From the NCBI RefSeq assembly GCF_009834535.1, contig NC_045697.1, positions 118,980,001 through 119,044,000 of the forward strand: a stretch of DNA of 64,000 bases, in the 5' to 3' direction. Position 1 is the first letter of the stretch. Each line of letters starts with the position of its first letter. The notes below the pieces were generated by a model. The model was not told where the DNA came from. It was given only the letters and a program-made list of their open reading frames with translations, and did not search any database. The position numbers were made by a program, and so were the translations under genes. The DNA comes from Camelus ferus (taxonomy: Eukaryota). Of this stretch, positions 36,650 through 51,000 are shown one piece after another.

Positions 36650-39600
36650 AACGGCACTAGGAAACAGACTGAGAAACCACAGAGGAAGTTTCCCCTGCAA
36701 CCCAATCCCTTGGTGCTAGATGAAAGAACGTCTCTCCACATGCTCATTTCTGAGAGATAAGTGTGTGTTAAAGCCTTCCTTCACCTAGCTTGTATGGAAC
36801 AGAAAGTATCTTTTCAGTTGCAAACTCCACTCCGTACATATATATGGGAGGTACTAGCTCCAACTCTGTTTTACAGTGAAAAGTGCAGGAACTTCAAACC
36901 GGCACTAGAAAACAGACGGAGAAACCAGAGTAAAAGTTTCTCCGGCAACCCGTTACCTTTTTGCTAGATGAACGAACGTCTCTCCACATGCTGATTTCTG
37001 AGAGGTAAGTGTTTGTGAAAGCCGTCCTTCAATTAGCTTGTTGGGAAAACAAAGTTTCTTTCAGTTGCAAACTCCACTCCATACATATATATGGGAGGTA
37101 CTAGCTCCAAACGGTTTTACAGTGAAAACTGCAGGAACTTCAAACCGGCACTAGGAAACAGACTGACAATCCAGAATAAAATTTTCTCCTGCAAACCGTT
37201 CCTTTTGTGCTAGATGAACGAACTTCTCTCATTATGCTCAGTTCAGAGTATTAAGTGTGTGTGAAAGCCGTACTTCACATATTTTGTAGGGAAAAGATCG
37301 TTTCCTTTCAGGTGCAAACTGCACTCCATATATATATATGGGGAGGTACTAGGTCCAATTCTGTTTAACGGTGAAAACTGCAGGAAAGTCAATCCGGCAC
37401 TAGGAAACAGACTGAGAAACCAGAGTAAAAGTTTCTCCTGCAAAAAGTTCCCTTTGTGGTAGATGAACGAATGTCTCTCCACATGCTCAATTCTGAGAGA
37501 TATGTGTGTGTGAAAGCCGCCTTTCACCTAGATAGTAGGGAACAGAAAGTATCTTTTCACTTGCAAACTCCACTCCATACATATATATGGGGAGGTACGA
37601 GCTCCAACTCGGTTTTACAGTGAATACTGCAGGAACTTCAAACCGGCACTAGGAAAATACTGAGATACCACAGTAAAAGTTTCACCTGCAATCAGTTCCC
37701 TTTGTGCTAGATGAGCAAACGTCTCTCCACATGCTCAGTTCTGAGAGATAAGTGTGTGTGAAAGCCGTCCTTCAACTAGCTTGTTGGGAACACAAAGTTT
37801 CTTTTCTGTAGCAAACACCACTCCTTACATATATATGGGGCGGTACATGTTCCAACTCGGTTTAACAGGGAAAACTGCAGGAACTTCAAACCGGCACTAG
37901 AAAGCAGACAGAGAAACCAGAGTAAAAGTTTCTCCTGAAACCCGTTCCCTTGGTGCTAGATGAACGGACGTCTCTCCATATGCACATTTCTGAGAGTTAA
38001 GTGTGTGAAAGCCGTCCTTCAGCTAGCTTGTTGGGAACACAAAGTTTCTTTTCAGTTGCAATCTCCACTCCATACATATATATGGGGAGGTAGTAGCTGC
38101 AAATCGGTTTTACAGTGAAAACTGAAGGAACTTCAAACCGGCACTAGGGAACAGACTGAGAAACCAGAGTACAAGTTTCTCCGGCAACCCGTTTCCTTTG
38201 TGCTAGATGAACGAACGTCTCTCCACATGCTCAGTTCTGAGAGATAAGTGTGTGTGAAAGACTTCCTTCACCTTGATTTTAGGGAACACAAAGTTTCTTT
38301 TCAGTTGCAAACTCCACTCCATACATATATATGGGTAGGTACTAACTCCAACTCGGATTTACAGTGAAAACTGCATTAACTTCAAAACGGCACTAGGAAA
38401 CAGACTGAGAAACCACAGAAGAAGTTTCCCCTGCAACCCAATCCCTTGGTGCTAGATGAAAGAACGTCTCTCCACATGCTCATTTCTGAGAGATAAGTGT
38501 GTGTTAAAGCCTTCCTTCACCTAGCTTGTAGGGAACAGAAAGTATCTTTTCAGTTGCAAACTCCACTCCGTACATATTTATGGGAGGTACTAGCTCCAAC
38601 TCTGTTTTACAGTGAAAAGTGCAGGAACTTCAAACCGGCACTAGAAAACAGACAGAGAAACCAGAGTAAAAGTTTCTCCGGCAACCCGTTACCTTTTTGC
38701 TAGATGAACGAACGTCTCTCCACATGCTGATTTCTGAGAGGTAAGTGTGTGTGAAAGCCGTCCTTCAATTAGCTTGTTGGGAAAACAAAGTTTCTTTCAG
38801 TTGCAAACTCCACTCCATACATATATATGGGAGGTACTAGCTCCAAACGGTTTTACAGTGAAAACTGCAGGAACTTCAAACCGGCACTAGAAAACAGACT
38901 GACAATCCAGAATAAAATTTTCTCCTGCAAACCGTTCCTTTTGTGCTAGATGAACGAACTTCTCTCATTATGCTCAGTTCAGAGTATTAAGTGTGTGTGA
39001 AAGCCGTACTTCACATATTTTGTAGGGAAAAGATCGTTTCCTTTCAGGTGCAAACTGCACTCCATATATATATATGGGGAGGTACTAGGTCCAATTCTGT
39101 TTAACGGTGAAAACTGCAGGAAAGTCAATCCGGCACTAGGAAACAGACTGAGAAACCAGAGTAAAAGTTTCTCCTGCAAAAAGTTCCCTTTGTGGTAGAT
39201 GAACGAATGTCTCTCCACATGCTCAATTCTGAGAGATATGTGTGTGTGAAAGCCGCCTTTCACCTAGATAGTAGGGAACAGAAAGTATCTTTTCAGGTGC
39301 AAACTCCACTCCATACATATATATGGGGAGGTACGAGCTCCAACTCGGTTTTACAGTGAATACTGCAGGAACTTCAAACCGGCACTAGGAAAATACTGAG
39401 ATACCACAGTAAAAGTTTCACCTGCAATCAGTTCCCTTTGCGCTAGATGAACAAACGTCTCTCCACATGCTCAGTTCTGAGAGATAAGTGTGTGTGAAAG
39501 CCGTCCTTCAACTAGCTTGTTGGGAACACAAAGTTTCTTTTCTGTAGCAAACACCACTCCTTACATATATATGGGGCGGTACATGTTCCAACTCGGTTTA

Positions 39601-39955
39601 ACAGGGAAAACTGCAGGAACTTCAAACCGGCACTAGAAAGCAGACAGAGAAACCAGAGTAAAAGTTTCTCCTGAAACCCGTTCCCTTGGTGCTAGATGAA
39701 CGGACGTCTCTCCATATGCACATTTCTGAGAGTTAAGTGTGTGAAAGCCGTCCTTCAGCTAGCTTGTTGGGAACACAAAGTTTCTTTTCAGTTGCAATCT
39801 CCACTCCATACATATATATGGGGAGGTAGTAGCTGCAAATCGGTTTTACAGTGAAAACTGAAGGAACTTCAAACCGGCACTAGGGAACAGACTGAGAAAC
39901 CAGAGTACAAGTTTCTCCGGCAACCCGTTTCCTTTGTGCTAGATGAACGAACGTC
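36650..39955 (+). repeat. HOR domain 2: 7-monomer unit (1736 bp), about 2 copies
   Basis: Near-identical peptides at 36761/38497 and identical ones at 37243/38979 (offset 1736). Shared variants include cccaatccc, gggaaaagatcgtttcc and ggtacatgttcc. Confidence 0.88.
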
Positions 39956-42069
39956 TCTACACATGCTCAGTTGTGAGATATAAATGAGGGTGAAAGCCGT
40001 CCTTCACCTAGATTGTTGGGAACACAAAGTATCTTTTCAGTTGCAAATTCCACTCCATACATATATATGGGGAAGCAGTAACTCCAACTCGGTTTTACAG
40101 TGAAAACTGCAAGAACTTCAAAACGGCACTACGAAAGAGACTGAGATACCAGAGTAAATGTTTCCCCTGCAACCCGTTCCCTTTGTGCTAGATGAACGAA
40201 CGTCTCTCCACATGCTCATTTCTGAGAGATAAGTGTGTGTGAAAGCCGTCCTTCACCTACCTTGTAGGGAACACAAAGTTTCTTTTCAATTGCAAACCCC
40301 ACTCCATACATATATATGGGGAGGTACAAGCACAATATCTGTTTTACAGTGAAAACTGCAGGAACTTCAAACCGGCACTAGGGAACAGACTGAGAAACCA
40401 GAGTACAAATTTCTCCGGCAACCCGTTTCCTTTGTGCTAGATGAACGAACGTCTCTCCACATGCTCAGTTCTGAGAGATAAGTGTTTGTGAAAGACTTCC
40501 TTCACCTTGATTTTAGGGAACACAAAGTTTCTTTTCAGTTGCAAACTCCACTCCATACATATATATGGGAGGTACTAGCTCCAACTCGGTTTTACAGTGA
40601 AAACTGCAGGAACTTCAAACCGACACTAGGAAACAGACTGAGAAACCAGAGTAAAAGTTAGTCCTGATACCCGTTCCTTTTGTGCTAGATAAACGAACGT
40701 CTCTCCATATGCTCAGTTCAGAGAGATAAGTGTGTGTGAAAGCCGTCCTTCACCTAGCTTGTTGGGAACAGAACGTTTACTTTCAGATGAAAATTCCACT
40801 GCATACATATATATGGGGAGGAACTAGCTCCAACTCGGTTTAACAGTGAAAACTGCAGGGACTTCAAACCGGCACTAGAAAACAGACGGAGAAACCAGAG
40901 TAAAAGTTTTCCCTGCAACCCGTTCCTTTTGTGCTCGATAAAAGAACGTCTCTCCACATGCTCATTTCTGAGAGATAAGTGTGTGTTAAAGCCTTCCTTC
41001 ACCTAGCTTGTAGGGAACAGAAAGTATCTTTTCAGTTGCAAACTCCACTCCGTACATATATATGGGGAGGTACTAGCTCCAACTCTGTTTTACAGTGAAA
41101 AGTGCAGGAACTTCAAACCGGCACTAGAAAACAGACGGAGAAACCAGAGTAAAAGTTTTCCCTGCAACCCGTTCCCTTGGTGCTAGATGAACGAACCTCT
41201 CTCCACATGCTCAGTTCTGAGAGATAAGTGTGTGTGAATGCCGTCTTCAACTAGCTTGTAGGGAACACAAATTTTCATTTCTGTTGCAAACTACACTCCA
41301 TAAATATATATGGGGTGGTACTAACTCCAACTAGGATTTACAGTGAAAACTGAAGTAACTTCAAACCGGCACTAGGAAACAGACTGAGAAACCAGATTAA
41401 AAGTTTCTCCGGCAACCCGTTATCTTTGTGCTAGATGAAAGAACGTCTCTCAACATGCTCATTTCTGAGAGGTAAGTGTGTGTGAAAGCCGTCCTTCAAT
41501 TAGCTTGTTGGGAAAACAAAGTTTCTTTCAGTTGCAAACTCCACTCCATACATATATATGGGAGGTACTAGCTCCAAATCGGTTTTGCAATGAAAACTGC
41601 AGGAACTTCAAACCGGCACTAGGAAACAGACTGACAATCCAGAATAAAATTTTCTCCTGCAAACCGTTCCTTTTTTGCTAGATGAACGAACTTCTCTCTA
41701 TATGCTCAGTTCAGAGTATTAAGTGTGTGTGAAAGCCGTCCTTCACCTAGCTTGTTGGGAATAGAACGTTTACTTTCAGATGAAAATTCCACTCCATACA
41801 TATATATGGGGAGGTACTAGCTCCAACTCGGTTTAACAGTGAAAACTGCAGGAACGTCAAACCGGCACTAGGAAACAGACTGTGAAACCAGAGTAAAAGT
41901 TTCTCCTGCAACCAGTTTCTTTTGTGCTAGATGAACGAACGTCTTTCCACATGCTCAGTTCTGAGAAATAATTGTGTTTGAAAGCTGTCCTTCACCTAGC
42001 TTGTTGGGAATACAAAGTTTCTTTTCCGTTGCAATCCCCACTCCTTACATATATATGGGGAGGTACTAG

Positions 42070-45000
42070 CTCCAACTCGGTTTTACAGAGAAAACTGCAG
42101 GAACGTCAAACCGGCACTAGGAAACAGACTGAGAAACCACAGTAAAATTTCCCCGGCAACCCGTTTCTTTTGTGCTAGATGAATGAACGTCTCTACACAT
42201 GCTCAGTTGTGAGATATAAGTGTGTGTGAAAGCCGTCCTTCAACTAGTTTGTAGGGAACAGAATGTTTGCTTTCATTTGCAAACTCCACTCCATACATAT
42301 ATATTGGGAGTTACTAGTTCCAACTAGGTTTAACAGTGAAAAATGCAGGAACGTCAAACCGGCACTTGGAAACAGACTGAGAAACCAGAGTAAAAGTTTC
42401 TCCTGCAACAATTTTCCTTTGTGCTAGATGAACGAAAGTCTCTCCACATGCTCAGTTCTCAGAGATAACTGAGTGTGAAAGCCGTCCTTCACCTAGCTTG
42501 TTGGGAACACAAAGTTTCTGTTCAGTTGTAAACTCCACTCCATACATATATATGCGGAAGTACTAGCTCCAACTCGGTTTTACAGTGAAAACTGCAAGAA
42601 CTTCAAACCGGCACTACGAAACAGACTGAGAAACCAGAGTAAAATTTTCTCCAGCAACCCGTTCCCTTGGTGATAGATGAACGAACGTCTCTCCACATGC
42701 TCAGTTCTGAGAGAAAATTGTGTGTGAAAGCCGTATTTCACCTAGCATGTAGGGAACAGAATGTATGTTTTCATGTGCAAACTCCACTCCATAATATATA
42801 TGGGGAGGTACTAGCTCCAACTCTGTTTTACAGTGAAAACTGCATTAACTTCAAACCGGCACTAGGAAACAGACTGAGAAAACACAGAAGAAGATTCCAC
42901 TGCAACCCGATCCCTTTATTCTAGATGAACGAAAGTCTCTCCACATGCTCAGTTCTCAGAGATAACTGAGTGTGAAAGCCGCCCTTCACCTAGCTTGTTG
43001 GGAACACATTGTTTCTTTTAAGTTGCTAACTACATTCCATACAAATATATGGGGAGGTACTAACTCCAACTCGGTTTTACAGTGAAATCTGCAGGAAATT
43101 CAAACCGGCACTAGGAAATAGACTTAGAAACCAGAGAAAAGTTCCACCAGCAACCCGTTCCCTTTGTGCTAGATGAATGAACGTCTCTCCAAATGCTCTG
43201 TTATGAGAGATAAGTATGTGAAAGCCGTCCTTCAACTAGATTGTTGGGAACAAAAAGATCCTTTTCAGTAGCAAACTCCACTCCATACATATATATGTGG
43301 CGGTTCTAGGTCCAAATCCGTTTAACAGTGAAAACTGCAGGAACTTCAAACCGGCACTAGGAAACAGACTGAGAAACCACAGTAAAAGTTACGCCTGCAA
43401 CCCGGTCCCTTTGTGCTAGATGAAAGAACGTCTCTCCACATGCTCAGTTTTGAGAGATAAGTGTGTGTGAAAGCCGTCCTTCACCTATCTTGAAGGGAAT
43501 ACAAAGTTTCTTTTCAGTTGCAAACTCCACTCCATACATATATATGAGGAGGTACTAGCTCCAACTCGGTTTTAAAGAGAAATCTGCAGGAACTTCAAAC
43601 GGGCACTAGGAAACAGACTGAGAAATCAGAGTAAAAGTTTCTCCAGCAAACCGTTCCCTTGGTGATAGATGAACGAAGGTCTCTCCACATGCTCAGTTCT
43701 GAGAAATAAGTGTGCTTTAAAGCCTTCCTTCTCCTAGCTTGTTGAGAACACAAAGTTTCTTTTCAGTTGCAAACTTCACTCCATACATATACATGGGGAG
43801 GTACTAGCTCCAACTCGTTTTAACAGTGAAAAATGCAGGAACTTCAAACCAGTACTAGGAAAACGTCTGAGAAACCAGAGTAAAAATTTCTCCTGCAAAC
43901 CGCTGTTTTTGTGCTAGATAAACGAACGTCTCTCCACATGCTCAGTTCTGAGAGATAAGTGTGTGTGAAAGCCGTCCTTCACCTAGCTTGTTGGGAACCC
44001 AAAATTTCTTTTCAGGTGGAAACTCCACTCCATACATATATATGGGGTGTTTTTAGCTCCAACTCGGTTTAACTGTGAAAGCTGCAGGACCATCAAACCA
44101 GCACTAGGAAACAGACTGAGAAACCAGAATAAAAGTTTTCCTGCAAAAAGTTCCCTTTGTGCTAGATGAACAAATGTCTCTCCAAATGCTCAGTTCTGAG
44201 AGATAAGTGAGTGTGAAAGCCGTACTTCACCTAGCTTGTTTTGAACACAAAGTTCCTTTTCAGTAGCAAACTCCACTCCATACATATATATGGGGTGGTA
44301 CTAGCTGCGAATCAGTTTTACAGTGAAAACTGAAGGAACATCAAACCGGCACTAGGGAACAGACTGAGAAACCAGAGTAATAGTTACTCCTGCAACCGAT
44401 TCCCTTTGTGCTAAATAAGGAACGTCTCTCCACATGCTCAGTTCTGAGATATAAGTGTGTGTGAAAGCCATCCTTCAACTATCTTGTTGGGAACACAAAG
44501 TTACTTTTCAGTTGCAAATTTCACTCCATACATATATATGGGGAGGTAGTAGCTCCAAATCTGTTTTACAGTGAAAACTGCAGGAGCATCTAACCGGCAC
44601 TAGGAAACAGACTGAGAAACCAGGGTAAAAGTTACTCCAGCAACCCGTTCCCTTGGTGCTAAATGAACGAACGTCTCTCCACATGCTCATTTCTGAGAGA
44701 AAAGTGTGTGTGAAAGCCGTATTTCACCTAGCTTGTAGGGAACCGAAAGTATCTTTCCAGGTGCAAACTCCACTCCATACATATATATGGGTAGGTACTA
44801 ACTCCAACTCGTATTTACAGTGAAAACTGCATTAACTTCAAAACGGCACTAGGAAACAGACTGAGAAACCACAGAAGAAGTTTCCCCCTGCAACCCGATC
44901 CCTTGTTGCTAGATGAACGAACGTCTCTCCACATGCTCAATTCTGAGAGATAAGTGTGTGTTAAAGCCTTCCTTCACCTAGCTTGTAGGGAACAGAAAAC

Positions 45001-48000
45001 ATCTTTTCAGTTGCAAACTCCACTCCGTACATATATATGGGGAGGTACTAGCTCCAACTCTGTTTTACAGTGATAAGTGCAGGAACTTCAAACCGGCACT
45101 AGAAAAAAGACGGAGAAACCACAGTAAAAGTTTTCCCTGCAACCCGTTCCCTTGGTGCTAGATGAACGAACCTCTCTCCACATGCTCAGTTCTGAGAGAT
45201 AAGTGTGTGTGAATGCCGTCTTCAACTAGCTTGTAGGGAACACAAATTTTCATTTCAGTTGCAAATTACACTCCATAAATATATATGGGGAGGTACTAGC
45301 TCCAACTAGGATTTACAGTGAAAACTGCAGGAACTTCATACAGGCTCTAGGAAACAGACTGAGAAACCAGAGTAAAAGTTTCTCCGGCAACCCGTTTCCT
45401 TTCTGCTAGATGAACGAACGTCTGTCCACATGCTCAGTTCTGAAAAATAAGTGTGTGTGAAAGCCGTCCTTCACCTTGCTATAGGGAACACAAAGTTTCT
45501 TTTCAGTTGCAAACTCCACTCCATACATATAAATGGGAGGTACTAGCTCCAACTCTGTTTTACAGTGAAAACTGCAGGAACTTCAAACCGACACTAGGAA
45601 ACAGACTGAGAAACCAGAGTAAAAGTTACTCCTGATAACCGTTTCTTTTGTGCTAGATGAACGAACGTCTCTCCATATACTCAGTTCAGAGAGATAAGTG
45701 TGTGTGAAAGCAGTCCTTCAAATAGCCTGTTGGGAACAGAACGTTTCCTTTCATTTGCAAACTCCACTCCTTACATATAAATTGGGAGTTACTAGCTCCA
45801 ACTCGTTTTTACAGAGAAAACTGCAGGAACTTCAAACCGGCACTAGGAAACAGACTGAGAAACCAGAGTAAAAGTTTCTCCTGCAACAAGTTCCCTTTGT
45901 GCTAGATGAACGGAAGTCTCTCCACATGCTCAGTTCTGAGAGATAAGTGAGGGTGAAAGCCGTCCTTCACCTAGATTGTTGGGAACACAAAGTTTGTTTT
46001 CAGTTGCAAATTCCACTCCATACATATATATGGGGAAGTACTAGCTCCAACTCGGTTTTACAGTGAAAACTGCAAGAACTTCAAAACGGCACTACGAAAG
46101 AAACTGAGAAACCAGAGTAAAAGTTTCTCCAGCAACCCGTTCCCTTGGTGCTAAATGAACGAACGTCTCTCCACATGCTCAGTTCTTAGAGAAAAGTGTG
46201 TGTGAAAGCCGTATTTCACCTAGCTTGTAGGGAACAGAAAGTATCTTTCCAGGTGCAAACTCCACTCCATACATATAAATGGGAGGTACTAGCTCCAACT
46301 CTGTTTTACAGTGAAAACTGCAGGAACTTCAAACTGGCACTAGGAAACAGACTGAGAAACCAGAGTAAAAGTTTCTCCGGCAACCCGTTTCCTTTCTGCT
46401 AGATGAACGAACGTCTCTCCACATGCTAAGTTCTGAGAGATAAGTGTGTGTGAAAGCCGTCCTTCACCTTGCTATAGGGAAAACAAAGTTTCTTTTCAGT
46501 TGCAAACTCCACTCCATACATATAAATGGGAGGTACTAGCTCCAACTCTGTTTTACAGTGAAAACTGCAGGAACTTCAAACCGACAATAGGAAACATACT
46601 GAGAAACCAGAGTAAAAGTTACACCTGATAACCGTTTCTTTTGTGCTAGATGAACGAACGTCTCTCCATATACTCAGTTCAGAGAGATAAGTGTGTGTGA
46701 AAGCAGTCCTTCACCTAGCCTGTTGGGAACAGAACGTTTCCTTTCATTTGCAAACTCCACTCCATATATATATATTGGGAGTTACTAGCTCCAACTCGTT
46801 TTTACAGAGAAAACTGCAGGAACTTCAAACCTGCACTAGGAAACAGACTGAGAAACCAGAGTAAAAGTTTCTCCTGCAACAAGTTCCCTTTGTGCTAGAT
46901 GAACGAACGTCTCTCCACATGCTCATTTCTGAGAGATAAGTGTGTGTTAAAGCCTTCCTTCACCTAGCTTGTAGGGAATAGAAAGTATCTTTTCAGTTGC
47001 AAACTCCACTCCGTACATATATATTGGGAGTTACTAGCTCCAACTCGGTTTTACAGAGAAAACTGCAGGAACTTGAAGCCGGCACTAGGAATCAGACTGA
47101 GAAACCAGAGTAAAAGTTTCTCCTGCAACAAGTTCCCTTTGTGCTAGATGAACGAACGTCTCTCCACATGCTCAGTTCTGAGAGATATGTAAGGGTGAAA
47201 GCCGTCCTTCACCTAGATTGTTGGGAACACAAAGTTTCTTTTCAGTTGCAAATTCCACTCCATACATATATATGGGGAAGTACTAGCTCCAACTCTGTTT
47301 TACAGTGAAAACTGCAAGAACTTCAAACTGGCACTAGGAAACAGACTGAGAAACCAGAGTAAAAGTTTCTACAGCAACCCGGTCCTTTGGTGCTAAATGA
47401 ACGAACGTCTCTCCACATGCTCAGTTCTGAGAGAAAATTGTGTGTGAAAGCCGTATTTCACCTAGCTTGTAGGGAACAGAAAGTATCTTTCCAGGTGCAA
47501 ACTCCACTCCATACATATATATGGGGAGGTATTAGCTCCAACTCGGTTTTACAGAGAAAACTGCAGGAACGTCAAACCGGCACTAGGAAACAGACTGAGA
47601 AACCACAGTAAAATTTCCCCGGCAACCCGTTTCTTTTGTGCTAGATGAACGAACGTCTCTACACATGCTCAGTTGTGAGATATAAGTGTGTGTGAAAGCC
47701 GTCCTTCAACTAGTTTGTAGGGAACAGAATGTTTGCTTTCATTTGCAAACTCCACTCCATACATATATATTGGGAGTTACTAGTTCCAACTAGGTTTAAC
47801 AGTGAAAAATGCAGGAACGTCAAACCGGCACTTGGAAACAGACTGAGAAACCAGAGTAAAAGTTTCTCCTGCAACAATTTTCCTTTGTGCTAGATGAACG
47901 AAAGTCTCTCCACATGCTCAGTTCTCAGAGATAACTGAGTGTGAAAGCCGTCCTTCACCTAGCTTGTTGGGAACACAAAGTTTCTATTCAGTTGTAAACT

Positions 48001-51000
48001 CCACTCCATACATATATATGCGGAAGTACTAGCTCCAACTCGGTTTTACAGTGAAAACTGCAAGAACTTCAAACCGGCACTACGAAACAGACTGAGAAAC
48101 CAGAGTAAAATTTTCTCCAGCAACCCGTTCCCTTGGTGATAGATGAACGAACGTCTCTCCACATGCTCAGTTCTGAGAGAAAATTGTGTGTGAAAGCCGT
48201 ATTTCACCTAGCATGTAGGGAACAGAAAGTATCTTTTCATGTGCAAACTCCACTCCATAATATATATGGGGAGGTACTAGCTCCAACTCTGTTTTACAGT
48301 GAAAACTGCATTAACTTCAAACCGGCACTAGGAAACAGACTGAGAAAACACAGAAGAAGATTCCACTGCAACTCGATCCCTTTATTCTAGATGAACGAAA
48401 GTCTCTCCACATGCTCAGTTCTCAGAGATAACTGAGTGTGAAAGCCGCCCTTCACCTAGCTTGTTGGGAACACATTGTTTCTTTTAAGTTGCTAACTACA
48501 TTCCATACAAATATATGGGGAGGTACTAACTCCAACTCGGTTTTACAGTGAAATCTGCAGGAAATTCAAACCGGCACTAGGAAATAGACTTAGAAACCAG
48601 AGAAAAGTTTCCACCAGCAACCCGTTCCCTTTGTGCTAGATGAATGAACGTCTCTCCAAATGCTCTGTTATGAGAGATAAGTATGTGAAAGCCGTCCTTC
48701 AACTAGATTGTTGGGAACAAAAAGATCCTTTTCAGTAGCAAACTCCACTCCATACATATATATGTGGCGGTTCTAGGTCCAAATCCGTTTAACAGTGAAA
48801 ACTGCAGGAACTTCAAACCGGCACTAGGAAACAGACTGAGAAACCACAGTAAAAGTTACGCCTGCAACCCGGTCCCTTTGTGCTAGATGAAAGAACGTCT
48901 CTCCACATGCTCAGTTTTGAGAGATAAGTGTGTGTGAAAGCCGTCCTTCACCTATCTTGAAGGGAATACAAAGTTTCTTTTCAGTTGCAAACTCCACTCC
49001 ATACATATATATGAGGAGGTACTAGCTCCAACTCGGTTTTAAAGAGAAATCTGCAGGAACTTCAAACGGGCACTAGGAAACAGACTGAGAAATCAGAGTA
49101 AAAGTTTCTCCAGCAAACCGTTCCCTTGGTGATAGATGAACGAAGGTCTCTCCACATGCTCAGTTCTGAGAAATAAGTGTGCTTTAAAGCCTTCCTTCTC
49201 CTAGCTTGTTGAGAACACAAAGTTTCTTTTCAGTTGCAAACTTCACTCCATACATATACATGGGGAGGTACTAGCTCCAACTCGTTTTAACAGTGAAAAA
49301 TGCAGGAACTTCAAACCAGTACTAGGAAAACGTCTGAGAAACCAGAGTAAAAATTTCTCCTGCAAACCGCTGTTTTTGTGCTAGATAAACGAACGTCTCT
49401 CCACATGCTCAGTTCTGAGAGATAAGTGTGTGTGAAAGCCGTCCTTCACCTAGCTTGTTGGGAACCCAAAATTTCTTTTCAGGTGGAAACTCCACTCCAT
49501 ACATATATATGGGGTGTTTTTAGCTCCAACTCGGTTTAACTGTGAAAGCTGCAGGACCATCAAACCAGCACTAGGAAACAGACTGAGAAACCAGAATAAA
49601 AGTTTTCCTGCAAAAAGTTCCCTTTGTGCTAGATGAACAAATGTCTCTCCAAATGCTCAGTTCTGAGAGATAAGTGAGTGTGAAAGCCGTACTTCACCTA
49701 GCTTGTTTTGAACACAAAGTTCCTTTTCAGTAGCAAACTCCACTCCATACATATATATGGGGTGGTACTAGCTGCGAATCAGTTTTACAGTGAAAACTGA
49801 AGGAACATCAAACCGGCACTAGGGAACAGACTGAGAAACCAGAGTAATAGTTACTCCTGCAAACCGATTCCCTTTGTGCTAAATAAGGAACGTCTCTCCA
49901 CATGCTCAGTTCTGAGATATAAGTGTGTGTGAAAGCCATCCTTCAACTATCTTGTTGGGAACACAAAGTTACTTTTCAGTTGCAAATTTCACTCCATACA
50001 TATATATGGGGAGGTAGTAGCTCCAAATCTGTTTTACAGTGAAAACTGCAGGAGCATCTAACCGGCACTAGGAAACAGACTGAGAAACCAGGGTAAAAGT
50101 TACTCCAGCAACCCGTTCCCTTGGTGCTAAATGAACGAACGTCTCTCCACATGCTCATTTCTGAGAGAAAAGTGTGTGTGAAAGCCGTATTTCACCTAGC
50201 TTGTAGGGAACAGAAAGTATCTTTCCAGGTGCAAACTCCACTCCATACATATATATGGGTAGGTACTAACTCCAACTCGTATTTACAGTGAAAACTGCAT
50301 TAACTTCAAAACGGCACTAGGAAACAGACTGAGAAACCACAGAAGAAGTTTCCCCTGCAACCCGATCCCTTGTTGCTAGATGAACGAACGTCTCTCCACA
50401 TGCTCAATTCTGAGAGATAAGTGTGTGTTAAAGCCTTCCTTCACCTAGCTTGTAGGGAACAGAAAACATCTTTTCAGTTGCAAAACTCCACTCCGTACAT
50501 ATATATGGGGAGGTACTAGCTCCAACTCTGTTTTACAGTGATAAGTGCAGGAACTTCAAACCGGCACTAGAAAAAAGACGGAGAAACCACAGTAAAAGTT
50601 TTCCCTGCAACCCGTTCCCTTGGTGCTAGATGAACGAACCTCTCTCCACATGCTCAGTTCTGAGAGATAAGTGTGTGTGAATGCCGTCTTCAACTAGCTT
50701 GTAGGGAACACAAATTTTCGTTTCAGTTGCAAACTACACTCCATAAATATATATGGGGAGGTACTAGCTCCTACTAGGATTTACAGTGAAAACTGCAGGA
50801 ACTTCATACAGGCTCTAGGAAACAGACTGAGAAACCAGAGTAAAAGTTTCTCCGGCAACCCGTTTCCTTTCTGCTAGATGAACGAACGTCTGTCCACATG
50901 CTCAGTTCTGAAAAATAAGTGTGTGTGAAAGCCGTCCTTCACCTTGCTATAGGGAACACAAAGATTCTTTTCAGTTGCAAACTCCACTCCATACATATAA

